A program made the translations under genes and the position numbers. Source: a virus. Taken from it: a DNA stretch of 64,000 nt. How positions within the stretch are numbered: position 1 is the first letter of the stretch; each line of letters opens with the position of its first letter. Shown one piece after another: positions 38,905 to 48,222 of this stretch. The stretch covers positions 1 through 64,000 of IMG/VR virus record IMGVR_UViG_3300037493_005286; one strand, given 5' to 3'. The notes under the pieces are model-generated. The model worked only from the letters and a program-made list of their open reading frames with translations. It was not told the origin of the DNA and ran no database searches.

Positions 38905-40281
38905 GCCGTAGCGTCTAAGCTCCTCTAACTGAAAACTAGTTTTTGGAGCAAATTTTTGTTTAAAGCTTACCGATTCTGTAATTGGCTTCGGAGTAGAATA
39001 CACTACTTGCTCCGACATATAAGTTGCAGTATAACTTTCACCTACAACCTTAGAGTCATCGAATCCTCTTTTCTTGGCGATTGCCTTTTCCCACGGCTCA
39101 ACCTTACCACTTTTATTAAGGTCAGCTTTTTTAGGATTAAACTCTTCGTCCTCACCGCCTATATCTTGACCAATGTATAGTTCATCTACTTGAGCTGATT
39201 CTTCTGGTGTAAGATCTCTACCCATTATATGCTGCATATACGCTATTGCTTGCTTTTCATCTGCAAACTCACCTTCTGAAGCCTTATTATTCATAAATTC
39301 AAAAGCACCGTCGAAATCATCTGTAAAGTCAGGCTCTGCTTCATATTCCGCTTCCCATGGATTAACAGGTCCTGGACGCATTCCCTTTTCACGAGCTATA
39401 CGTGCAGCATGTAGTTCCTGACCATAATCATCATCATAACCATCTTCTGCTTCTTCTTCTTTAGAACCCATAACTTCATCATATTCCTTCTCACCGACTC
39501 CGGCTCTACCACTAGGATCGTAGTATGACTCAGGATCTGTTTCTTCATCTTCTACCATTTCTTCATCTTCTTTTCCTTGAACAATAGGCTTTACTGCTGC
39601 AGAAAGGTACGCTGCAATTTTCTCATAACCAGGTAAGCTTCCTATTTGATTGACAAACGATTTAAGCTTTTCTACGCTGTTAATTTTAGGTGCAAAATCC
39701 ATTACCTCTGCTAAAGCTGTATCATCAATATCAAATCCTGGTTCACCTAAATTAGTTTGAATTTCTGAGAGTATTTTAGCAACAGAAGCACGCACAATAA
39801 GAGAATCATCTGCAATAAGATCAGTAAGAGCGTCGTCCATTTCCTTACCAGTACGTGTTTGTCTTACTTGCTTGGCCATTTCTTGCGCTACAGCACGAGC
39901 AGCATATTTTTCTTCTCTACCTCTATTTACACCGACACCGCCTATAAAATCATCAAGGGTATCAGATATTCTTGCTGCAATTTCATCACTCTTAGCGTTA
40001 ATTAATTCTTGCTTTTGTTTTAACACATTAAGCATAGCTTGCTTTTTACCTGTAAATCCAGCTCCGTTTTTAATTGCATTAAGTTCGCCATCGTCTATAA
40101 TGTCTAAGAAGTAAAGAACTTCACGAATAAATTTAATTGTATCTAACGGAGCAGAACTTAAACCGCCTGCTTTCATTTTGGAAGTAATACCTCCAAAAGA
40201 AGGATGCGAAGCTGTATAAGGCGAAACCTTTGCTTCTGTTAATATTGATACTCGTGTTAAAAGATCTTGAAAGGAACTCAT
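38899..40281 (-). CDS. Acidic late protein, putative internal head protein
   Basis: TATAAATA 6 nt upstream; MSSFQDLL..ILTE|A; EF-hand-like ADLNKSGKVEPWE. Confidence 0.65.
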   Translation of the reverse strand: MSSFQDLLTRVSILTEAKVSPYTASHPSFGGITSKMKAGGLSSAPLDTIKFIREVLYFLDIIDDGELNAIKNGAGFTGKKQAMLNVLKQKQELINAKSDEIAARISDTLDDFIGGVGVNRGREEKYAARAVAQEMAKQVRQTRTGKEMDDALTDLIADDSLIVRASVAKILSEIQTNLGEPGFDIDDTALAEVMDFAPKINSVEKLKSFVNQIGSLPGYEKIAAYLSAAVKPIVQGKEDEEMVEDEETDPESYYDPSGRAGVGEKEYDEVMGSKEEEAEDGYDDDYGQELHAARIAREKGMRPGPVNPWEAEYEAEPDFTDDFDGAFEFMNNKASEGEFADEKQAIAYMQHIMGRDLTPEESAQVDELYIGQDIGGEDEEFNPKKADLNKSGKVEPWEKAIAKKRGFDDSKVVGESYTATYMSEQVVYSTPKPITESVSFKQKFAPKTSFQLEELRRYGL

Positions 40282-40299
40282 ATATTATATTTATACCAT

Positions 40300-40617
40300 A
40301 TGCAATTAAATTGGACGGATTTTAACGAAATGTCACATAAAAAAATGTGTGAGCTACCCGGAATAGGTAAAAAGGTAGTGGAGCGTATTATTAGTATGCG
40401 TCCTTTTAGATCAAACGATGATCTTTTTAAGATTAAGGGTCTAGGCAAACATACACTAAACAACCTCGGCATTGAAAAAACTAAGAAAGAACGTAAATCA
40501 TGGCATCTTATGCCAGATGGTATTGAATATCCATCATACGCTCTAGCTAAAAATAATTTAACAGGTCAAATTGATTTTTTCTGGAGAATGCCAAAGGAGA
40601 GACGAGAATACCTATAA
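40300..40617 (+). CDS. Helix-hairpin-helix DNA-binding protein (ComEA-like)
   Basis: LPGIGKK..ERII..RPF.S.DDL.KIKGLG. Confidence 0.8.
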   Translation: MQLNWTDFNEMSHKKMCELPGIGKKVVERIISMRPFRSNDDLFKIKGLGKHTLNNLGIEKTKKERKSWHLMPDGIEYPSYALAKNNLTGQIDFFWRMPKERREYL

Positions 40618-40621
40618 CGTT

Positions 40622-41287
40622 ATGTGTGCTATTATAGGATCTAACAATGTATCTAAATTTGAGGTACTATACGAAGGTAATTTACCTAGAGGTAACTTCT
40701 CTAGTGGCGTCGTCTGCTTGTATAACGGTAATGAGCAACAAACAATTAAAAAGCAAGGTACCTTAGATTTTAATCAAATAGAACTAGATGATAGATGCAA
40801 CTACTACATCGGTCACGTACAAGCTCCTACATCAGCAGCTCGTGAGTGGTCGTATGATACATCACACCCCTTTGAATCATTATCATGGTCGGTAGTTCAT
40901 AATGGAGTATTGACTAACTGGAAGGAATTAGTAAGAGAATTCGTTGATTGGGATGTAAATCCTGTTGATACAGCTGTAATTCCTAATTTATTACAGCAAT
41001 TTACAGAAGAATGCATTAATGAGTGTTTAGCTACATCAACCATAAAGAGTGTCTTAGGTAAGCTAGAAGGAACATTTGCATTATGTGTTATAGATACTGA
41101 CTGTAATGAAGTTTATATTGCTAGGCAAGGATCTATTTTACACTACAATGACAACGGTGATATTTCGACTCTTGAAGGTGAAGGCTTTAAATTGCTACCT
41201 GAAGGTGTAATTATGGTATTAAAAGACTTTAAAACATGGGAGATTGCTGATTTCTTTGAAATTAAATCACCATTCTTATTTTTATAA
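40622..41287 (+). CDS. Stand-alone class II (Ntn) glutamine amidotransferase (start revised to MCAIIG)
   Basis: N-terminal Cys; RGNFSSG, IGHVQAPT, SHPF, VHNGVLTN, VDTAVI, GTFA. Confidence 0.8.
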   Translation: MCAIIGSNNVSKFEVLYEGNLPRGNFSSGVVCLYNGNEQQTIKKQGTLDFNQIELDDRCNYYIGHVQAPTSAAREWSYDTSHPFESLSWSVVHNGVLTNWKELVREFVDWDVNPVDTAVIPNLLQQFTEECINECLATSTIKSVLGKLEGTFALCVIDTDCNEVYIARQGSILHYNDNGDISTLEGEGFKLLPEGVIMVLKDFKTWEIADFFEIKSPFLFL

Positions 41288-41291
41288 AATT

Positions 41292-41963
41292 ATGTCAATA
41301 AACAAAACACTATATTTCTCTGCAACAAAGGGAAGCCGTAAAGATACTTTGTTATTTAAAAATAGTTCTACTTATAATAAGTTTATTTTTAAAGAAAACA
41401 ATACTTTACCTTTGCCGCAAATTTATAATAAAGCCATCGATTTGGCTATTGAAGGTAAAAAGGACTATCTTGTACTATGTCATGACGATGTAATTATTGA
41501 ATCTGACGTAGCGTATAAATTACCTGATATTCTTCGTACAGAATTTGATATGGTAGGCGTCGCAGGCACCACAGAGTGTAAATTACAAGAACCAGCGCTA
41601 TGGCATATCATGGGAGGTGGATTTGAGAACGGTAAACTACATGGCGCTGTCGGACATGGTAACGATCAACGTAAAAGTATGACATCATTCGGAACATACC
41701 CTCAACGCGTTATACTTATCGACGGTGTGTTTATGGCAATTCACCGCAGAGTATTTGAAAAAATTAGATTTGATGAAACTAACCCGGCAGGCTTTCATTT
41801 TTACGATTTAGATTATTCTATGCAGTGTTATAAAGCTGGCTTTAAAATCGGTGTATCAGACATTATGATTACTCACGCATCTCCTGGACTCAGAGAATTT
41901 ACCGAAGAGTTTAATAAGGGACAAAAGTGGTTTTTAGATAAGTGGCAAAATAAACCTGCTTAA
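41292..41963 (+). CDS. GT-A glycosyltransferase (GT2-like)
   Basis: IYNKAI, LCHDDV, GVAG, IDGVFMA, FHFYDLDYS, H.SPG. Confidence 0.8.
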   Translation: MSINKTLYFSATKGSRKDTLLFKNSSTYNKFIFKENNTLPLPQIYNKAIDLAIEGKKDYLVLCHDDVIIESDVAYKLPDILRTEFDMVGVAGTTECKLQEPALWHIMGGGFENGKLHGAVGHGNDQRKSMTSFGTYPQRVILIDGVFMAIHRRVFEKIRFDETNPAGFHFYDLDYSMQCYKAGFKIGVSDIMITHASPGLREFTEEFNKGQKWFLDKWQNKPA

Positions 41964-42014
41964 ACAAATTTTATCGATAGTAGAAAAATTACCAAGTAAC
42001 GTTATATTATACAA

Positions 42015-43331
42015 GTGAGTAAGTTAGATTTAGAATTCTTTGAAAATGTCGTCATATATAAATCACTTACAGACTCAACCTATTTAGCATCGATAGTTGA
42101 CTTTGTAAAACCGGAATATTTTAAAACGAAAAATATTGCGACAATCTTTAATATAATTAAAGAGTTTCATGATAAAAGGCAAAAGCTACCTACAATAACT
42201 GAAATTAAATCGTATCTGGTAACAGATGAACTAAGACAAATTTTTAAAACGCTTGTTCATTCATTTAACGATATTGATAAAAATATTGATAAAGATGAAT
42301 TGTATGAAAATACTGAACGCTTTCTTAAAGAGAAAGCTGTATTCCATACTATGCTCTCAATTGCTGAAGATGTAGCTAAAGGAAATGTAGATACGTCGGC
42401 TGCATTAGATAAGTTTGAAAAATCATGTAATATTAGTTTAGTTACTGACCTAGGACTAGAACTATACGGTGATATTGATACAGTTATTGATGATTTGACT
42501 AACGTACAGAAAACTATTCCAAGTAAATGGGAATGGCTTGATAGTGCATTAGGAGGAGGATTCCTAGAAAATGGTCGAGCATTGTATGTATTTGCAGGTG
42601 AGACAAATATTGGTAAATCTATCTTCTTAGGTAACCTTGCTACTAATATATCGGAGCAAGGTAAAAACGTACTGCTAGTTTCGCTTGAAATGTCTGAAGT
42701 ATTGTATGCTAAACGTCTATGTTCAAACGTATCTAAAATACCTCTGAAGGATCTTGCAACTAATACACATGCACTTAAACAAGCTCTTACAGAGCAAAAA
42801 GCAGCTGGTAAGGGTAGCTTATTTATCAAAGAATTTCCACCATCGACAATTACACCTAATCAACTAAAGGCGTTTGTTAAAAAAATTACAGATACAGGAA
42901 TTAAAATTGATGCTATTGTACTAGATTATCTCAACCTTATGCATTCAACGATAGGTTCAAATTCATATGAACGTATTAAAAATGTTACAGAGCAAGTTAG
43001 AGCTATGAGTTATATTTTTAACTGTCCTATTATTAGTGCTACTCAGTTAAATCGTTCAGGCTTCGATACAGAAAATCCCGACCTTGCAACTATTTCTGAA
43101 TCTATAGGATTAGCAGCAACAGCAGACGTAATTGTATCGATTTATCAAAACGTTGAAGATAGAGAACTTGGTATTATTAGACTGGGTATGATGAAAAACC
43201 GGTACGGTCCTAGAGGACATACACAGCCAATGCGCATTGATTATTCTACCCTTACTATTACACAAGCTGACGATGTAGAAGAATTTGCAGCAGATGACTC
43301 TTACAATTCACTAGCGGCATTTGCTGGTTGA
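42015..43331 (+). CDS. gp41: Replicative helicase gp41 (DnaB-like)
   Basis: AGETNIGKS, SLEMSE, IKEFPP, DYLNL, SATQLNRSG, SESIG, KNRYG. Confidence 0.93.
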   Translation: MSKLDLEFFENVVIYKSLTDSTYLASIVDFVKPEYFKTKNIATIFNIIKEFHDKRQKLPTITEIKSYLVTDELRQIFKTLVHSFNDIDKNIDKDELYENTERFLKEKAVFHTMLSIAEDVAKGNVDTSAALDKFEKSCNISLVTDLGLELYGDIDTVIDDLTNVQKTIPSKWEWLDSALGGGFLENGRALYVFAGETNIGKSIFLGNLATNISEQGKNVLLVSLEMSEVLYAKRLCSNVSKIPLKDLATNTHALKQALTEQKAAGKGSLFIKEFPPSTITPNQLKAFVKKITDTGIKIDAIVLDYLNLMHSTIGSNSYERIKNVTEQVRAMSYIFNCPIISATQLNRSGFDTENPDLATISESIGLAATADVIVSIYQNVEDRELGIIRLGMMKNRYGPRGHTQPMRIDYSTLTITQADDVEEFAADDSYNSLAAFAG

Positions 43332-43366
43332 TAAAATCTATATAACGCATAAATACAAGTAGTTAA

Positions 43367-43783
43367 ATGACTACTTGTAATAATATTACTATAAACGTTA
43401 AGGCTTACCGTGAAGGTAAGCGAGATTTTAACGTCCAAGAATTAAATGAAATTAAATTATACTTCCTAAAGTATAAGGACCAATTACAAAGCACAGAATT
43501 CTTTGAAGGTGTATTAAAGGGATATAAGGTCGTAAGTTGCGTTGCAACCGAGTACTATTCGGAGTTTATTTCATATATGGTACAACAACATGCAGCCTCT
43601 ATTGCTGTTATTGTCGATCCACAAGCAAAACATGTACTTTTTCAAAAAAACAGTACATGTAGTGTTGATATAAACAAACTAACAGACATACTGTGTGGAG
43701 GTCATACAATACTAGACAATATAGTAGTGGGTAAGCTGACAAAACCATTTTTAACCTTTACAAAAACTTTAAAACCATGTTAA
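43367..43783 (+). CDS. Hypothetical protein (possible degenerate DHHA1-like domain)
   Basis: IAVIVD...VDINKL..LCGGH. Confidence 0.45.
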   Translation: MTTCNNITINVKAYREGKRDFNVQELNEIKLYFLKYKDQLQSTEFFEGVLKGYKVVSCVATEYYSEFISYMVQQHAASIAVIVDPQAKHVLFQKNSTCSVDINKLTDILCGGHTILDNIVVGKLTKPFLTFTKTLKPC

Positions 43784-44073
43784 ATTTCGACGTCGTAGAG
43801 CAACCTTCACATAATATTGTAAAGGAAGAAACAGAACACTTATTATTATCCTTTTGTACCTTATGTACATTGCTTAAGGGTAAGAAGCTAAGTATTCAAA
43901 ATGTATTTATCCTTGTATTGCAAGAAGAACGTCTACGAAATATATTAAAAGAGCTTTTAAGTGTTGATACTAACTTTGAAGTAGTTAAACTATTTATAAA
44001 TTACGATCCACTTATATCAGTCAGTAAGTACGTAACTAAATTTCTAAATTCAAATTCCAGTCTTAAACTATGA
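43777..44073 (+). CDS. Hypothetical protein
   Basis: Translationally coupled ORF. Confidence 0.6.
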   Translation: MLNFDVVEQPSHNIVKEETEHLLLSFCTLCTLLKGKKLSIQNVFILVLQEERLRNILKELLSVDTNFEVVKLFINYDPLISVSKYVTKFLNSNSSLKL

Positions 44074-44717
44074 TAAACGAAAAGCAGAAATATATTTATA
44101 ACACATTCTTATATACTGCTCGTAACATAAAAAATAAGCCAGTTAAACACAGGCAAGACTTTACTAAATTAGATTCAACATCTGAAGTAATACTTAAAAA
44201 GTTAGACAACTTCTTTACAACTAATAGTAGTGTAAATTACAGCGACTTTTTTGTAGCTCCGTATCATGTATATAGTAAGGATGAATACTTTGATTTACAA
44301 TTTTATATAACTCGTAGAGCTATTAAGTGCTATACTGAATTTATTAAAAAGAAAGAACGTGACAATCCTGACGATATTGAAGTTATAGACTCGTGTAAAA
44401 AATGCTGCGTGTTTATATATAACTACTGCAAAGAAAATAAACTTACATTAGATCAATATAAGCATAGCATTGTTGGTAGTACTCCTATTACGTTACAGCA
44501 TCTTAAAGAGCATAAAATTAACTTTTATACTCTACATGCGTTAAATGTTGAAAACAGTGTTATGAAATTTGATTCGAGTATTATCGGATTTATGATTGAC
44601 AACTTTTTTAACACGTATAATGCAACTAGAGCTAAGTTTATACGATCTGTAAAACTTAAACCGACCATCCGAAAAGCTTTTGATATAGTAAATGAAAAGC
44701 TGTTGATTTATGGATAA
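44070..44717 (+). CDS. Hypothetical protein, possible gp59 helicase loader by size and synteny
   Basis: 215-aa basic helical protein directly upstream of gp32, as gp59 is in T4; no clear motif. Confidence 0.4.
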   Translation: MINEKQKYIYNTFLYTARNIKNKPVKHRQDFTKLDSTSEVILKKLDNFFTTNSSVNYSDFFVAPYHVYSKDEYFDLQFYITRRAIKCYTEFIKKKERDNPDDIEVIDSCKKCCVFIYNYCKENKLTLDQYKHSIVGSTPITLQHLKEHKINFYTLHALNVENSVMKFDSSIIGFMIDNFFNTYNATRAKFIRSVKLKPTIRKAFDIVNEKLLIYG

Positions 44718-44792
44718 ATCACATTAAAATAATTTTATCAGAGCAGTATATCTGATACTAACTAAACACAACTAAGACAACCAAATAAAAAT
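44703..44792 (+). promoter_or_regulatory. gp32 promoter and structured-then-unstructured leader
   Basis: TTGATT-N16-TAAAAT; TATCAGA/TCTGATA hairpin followed by an A/C-rich tract. Confidence 0.55.
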
Positions 44793-45647
44793 ATGTTCAA
44801 CTCATCAATGTTTCAATCAATTAAAGCAGCTCTCTCTAAAGACGAAGAAAAAGGCGCAGCATCCGGCCTATATAACGAAATTCTTAAAACACCCTCGGGT
44901 AATACATTTACTGTACGTCTTCTACCGTTTGCAAAAGACCCATCGAAGACATTTTTTCATTACTTTGTACAAGGCTGGACTTCGTTCGCTACTGGTCAGT
45001 ACGTTCAAGCTATTTCTCCACAAACGTTCAATGAACGCGATCCTATTTCCGAAGAGCGATTTAGAGTACTACGTACAGGCTCACCTGAAGAGAAGGAAAA
45101 AATGCAAGCAGTTCGTCGCTCTGAAAAATGGCTCCTCAACGTCTACGTAGTTGAAGATCCAACCAATCCTGCCAATAACGGTACTGTAAAGATCTTGCGT
45201 TACGGTAAACAACTTCATAAAATTATTATGGAAGGTATCGAAGGTGAAGATGCAGAAGAGTTTGGCGCACGTATCTTTGATCTCGGTGCAAATGGAGTTA
45301 ACTTTAAAATTAAGGTCGAACAGCAAGGTGATTATCCTACATATGTAAGCTCACGCTTTACCGGAGCAGGTAAACTAAATCTTACTGAAGATGAACAACA
45401 GAAAATTTATAATAGTACGTTTAATCTTGAAGAAGTGTTCTCGGTTAAGTCATATGACGAGCTTAAGCAAATGATTGACGAGCATATCTACGTTAACGCA
45501 GATGCAAAATCTACTCAAGTAGCTACTCCTCACTTCGAAACTAAGCCAACTGTAACATCGCAACCCGAAACTTCTCCATTCCGTGAACAAGCATCTACTA
45601 CTGTTAGTATGGAAGACGATATCGACGAACTTCTTAAGGATCTGTAA
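44793..45647 (+). CDS. gp32: Single-stranded DNA-binding protein gp32
   Basis: VRLLP, NVYVVEDPTNPANNGTVKILRYGKQL, FDL..G.NFKIKV, Y..S.F, acidic tail DDIDELLKDL. Confidence 0.9.
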   Translation: MFNSSMFQSIKAALSKDEEKGAASGLYNEILKTPSGNTFTVRLLPFAKDPSKTFFHYFVQGWTSFATGQYVQAISPQTFNERDPISEERFRVLRTGSPEEKEKMQAVRRSEKWLLNVYVVEDPTNPANNGTVKILRYGKQLHKIIMEGIEGEDAEEFGARIFDLGANGVNFKIKVEQQGDYPTYVSSRFTGAGKLNLTEDEQQKIYNSTFNLEEVFSVKSYDELKQMIDEHIYVNADAKSTQVATPHFETKPTVTSQPETSPFREQASTTVSMEDDIDELLKDL

Positions 45648-45651
45648 ATTT

Positions 45652-46098
45652 ATGACATTAGAAGAAAAACAAGCACTGCTACAATTTGTTGGACAAACAT
45701 ACGGACAAGCTACTAAGACTGATAACTTTATCGTAGGCGGATCTAATTCACTACGACCAGTAGGTCAAGACTTTAAAAGTCACTTCGAGCAAATCCTACA
45801 TGCACCAGTGGTTGATAGTATTGAAAATCAACCAGCTCCTGTTTACGAACAGCAAGTTCATGCACAACCAGCAATTGCTCAAGTAACGCATGAACAAGCT
45901 ATTCAAGAGCTAGCGCAAACTAATACTGTAACACCTCAAATTCAACATGTAACGCAGGCACCAGTAGCTAATACTGACTTAATACAAGTACTACAAGATA
46001 TAAACTTGACTTTAGGTAGAATCGCTAATACACTTGAAAAGAAGAAAGTAACACCAAATGTCACAACAAAGAAAACTAAAGCTAAAGTCCCGGACTGA
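45652..46098 (+). CDS. Hypothetical protein (start revised to MTLEEK)
   Basis: Gln/Pro-rich ORF between gp32 and gp45. Confidence 0.6.
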   Translation: MTLEEKQALLQFVGQTYGQATKTDNFIVGGSNSLRPVGQDFKSHFEQILHAPVVDSIENQPAPVYEQQVHAQPAIAQVTHEQAIQELAQTNTVTPQIQHVTQAPVANTDLIQVLQDINLTLGRIANTLEKKKVTPNVTTKKTKAKVPD

Positions 46099-46783
46099 AT
46101 TCGTACGATTTTTAGACTCTTTCTCAAAGGTAAATGATTCGTTTATTGCAGAAGTAAAGCTTGATAGTATAACAGCAATTACAACATCACCAGATAATAC
46201 GCTAGTAGTATACGGTGAACATAATAGTACTTCGGATTATAATACTAACCTAAACATACCTGATAGTAAAAAACTAGTACGTGTACTAGATACTATTAAT
46301 AGCGATTCGTTAGAATTTACTATTAATAGTAATAACTTAGAGTATAAGGATTCAAATGTAAAATTTAAATATCATTTATTTGAAGACGGATTTTTAAGTA
46401 AGCCTGCTTTAAGTATCGAAAAGATTAAAAACTTTAAGTTTGATATTACTTTTAATCTTACTAAGCCACAACTACAAAGTATTTTAAAGGGCAGTACATT
46501 TGCTACAGATACAAACAAATTATATCTGTATACAGATAACGGGTCATTAATGTCTGAGTTAACAGATAGAGTGAGACACAATACAGATTCTTACTCTATG
46601 GCGTTAGGGCCTGCTGATTTTGATCTACAGCCTATTGCAATTAACTTTGATAATATTAGACTTTTGACGTTGTTAGATAATACATTCGAAGTAAATATTA
46701 ACACTCAATTCGGAGTAATTGTTGTAACAACGTCAAATACTACAACTAAACTATCATATATTATATCATCACTTACACAATGA
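46058..46783 (+). CDS. gp45: Sliding clamp gp45
   Basis: FSKVNDS..., LNIPDSKKLVRVL, KFKYHLFEDG..SKP; size and context fit. Confidence 0.75.
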   Translation: MSQQRKLKLKSRTEFVRFLDSFSKVNDSFIAEVKLDSITAITTSPDNTLVVYGEHNSTSDYNTNLNIPDSKKLVRVLDTINSDSLEFTINSNNLEYKDSNVKFKYHLFEDGFLSKPALSIEKIKNFKFDITFNLTKPQLQSILKGSTFATDTNKLYLYTDNGSLMSELTDRVRHNTDSYSMALGPADFDLQPIAINFDNIRLLTLLDNTFEVNINTQFGVIVVTTSNTTTKLSYIISSLTQ

Positions 46784-47112
46784 ACAGGCACACTAAAAAT
46801 AAACTATCAACACCGAGCTACTTTATTAAAAGACTTAAAGATAACGGATTCGTTACTTTTAAAATTTTTAAAAACTACGCTGAAAGCGATCCACGTAGAT
46901 GGACCATTCTCGTTGATCCAGGTATTGCCTCTATCTATGTAACATGTTACGAAAATAAGGCATTTAAGGGAGACGTTTTATTTGAATTTAGCGATGGTGG
47001 GCAGTTACTACCTAAGAATTTCTCAATTAAGACAAATTCAATTGAAGTAATTGTTACGAAGCTACTGCAATTAGGTATTCAGCAAGTAGAAACGTCAGCA
47101 GCTAACGCTTAA
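46780..47112 (+). CDS. Hypothetical protein
   Basis: Translationally coupled ORF. Confidence 0.6.
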   Translation: MNRHTKNKLSTPSYFIKRLKDNGFVTFKIFKNYAESDPRRWTILVDPGIASIYVTCYENKAFKGDVLFEFSDGGQLLPKNFSIKTNSIEVIVTKLLQLGIQQVETSAANA

Positions 47113-47114
47113 AG

Positions 47115-47369
47115 ATGCATCCACAGTTACGCAATATTTACGCTATTACTACAGGTGATTTTGTTGGTGAAATGTTCATTTATATAAATGAAACACTAGA
47201 TACGTACAACTTCCTATCTGTACCAAAGATGATAAATCGTGCAGTTCCAAAAGATAAGTTTGAAATCGGATGGAACTCCAATATAATTGAGTTAGTAGAG
47301 ACAGCGCCGACAGAAGTATACGAAGTTGCTGTAGCTCAATTTAATTATAATGAAGACTCTAATAATTGA
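47115..47369 (+). CDS. Hypothetical protein
   Basis: Translationally coupled ORF. Confidence 0.55.
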   Translation: MHPQLRNIYAITTGDFVGEMFIYINETLDTYNFLSVPKMINRAVPKDKFEIGWNSNIIELVETAPTEVYEVAVAQFNYNEDSNN

Positions 47370-48222
47370 TGGTAATAATTTAATACATCGTACGTTCTGG
47401 ACTGCAAAAACTCAGTCAGAGCGTACGGGTATTAATAGTGTTGAACAAGTTAACGATTTTCATATCTATTTTACGCTTAATGCTATTCACTCTTATGTGA
47501 GTAAGTATAACCCAGACGCAGTAATAACCGTGTGGGATGAAAAACCAGAATACGAGGCTAATATTCGTAAAGCGTTACTAACAGAATATAAGGGCAATCG
47601 ACTAAATGACGCTACTCCGCATCGAAATAACGATATTATTAAGCAACTACTCAGCTATCTCGGAATTAATTCTATCTTTCCTCGTGAACTAGAAGCTGAC
47701 GATATTATTTCGTATATTGTTAAAGAACATATCGGTAATAAGGTTATTGTATCTGTAGATAAAGATTTTCTACAACTTGTAAGTAATACTATTACATTAT
47801 TTGATCCAATACGTAAGCAAGAATACACTGCTTATAATTTTGAAGAGTTAACAGGCTATAAAGCCGATACAGAATGGTTAGCAGCTAAGTGTTTAGGTGG
47901 AGATAAATCAGATAACGTTCCAGGTATACCAAAATTTGGTAAGGTTAAGATCAAGAAGTATCTAGATGGTGAGGTAACACTTAATACAGAGCAACAAGCT
48001 ACATTTGATTTAAATCACTCTATATTTACATTAGATAAGTATAAGGAATATCCACGCGAGCAGCAATACTATAAAACTCAACTCGATATTGAGTCTACTA
48101 CCAACTGGAAATTATTTTTAGCAGCGTGCGAAGAGCGTAATTTTCAAAATATTTTAAAGAAGAAAGAGAGTTGGTATAACTTGTTTTTCCTTAAACATAA
48201 ACTAACATCATTATTTAAATGA
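47350..48222 (+). CDS. rnh: 5'-3' exonuclease / T4 RNase H (FEN-like)
   Basis: LIIDGNNL, EYKGNR, EADD, SVDKDFLQL, GDKSDNVPGI. Confidence 0.9.
   Translation: MKTLIIDGNNLIHRTFWTAKTQSERTGINSVEQVNDFHIYFTLNAIHSYVSKYNPDAVITVWDEKPEYEANIRKALLTEYKGNRLNDATPHRNNDIIKQLLSYLGINSIFPRELEADDIISYIVKEHIGNKVIVSVDKDFLQLVSNTITLFDPIRKQEYTAYNFEELTGYKADTEWLAAKCLGGDKSDNVPGIPKFGKVKIKKYLDGEVTLNTEQQATFDLNHSIFTLDKYKEYPREQQYYKTQLDIESTTNWKLFLAACEERNFQNILKKKESWYNLFFLKHKLTSLFK

Noticed and set aside
33347-43331. Inteins or introns in gp43, uvsX or gp41
   Set aside because: Lengths are normal and motifs are contiguous.
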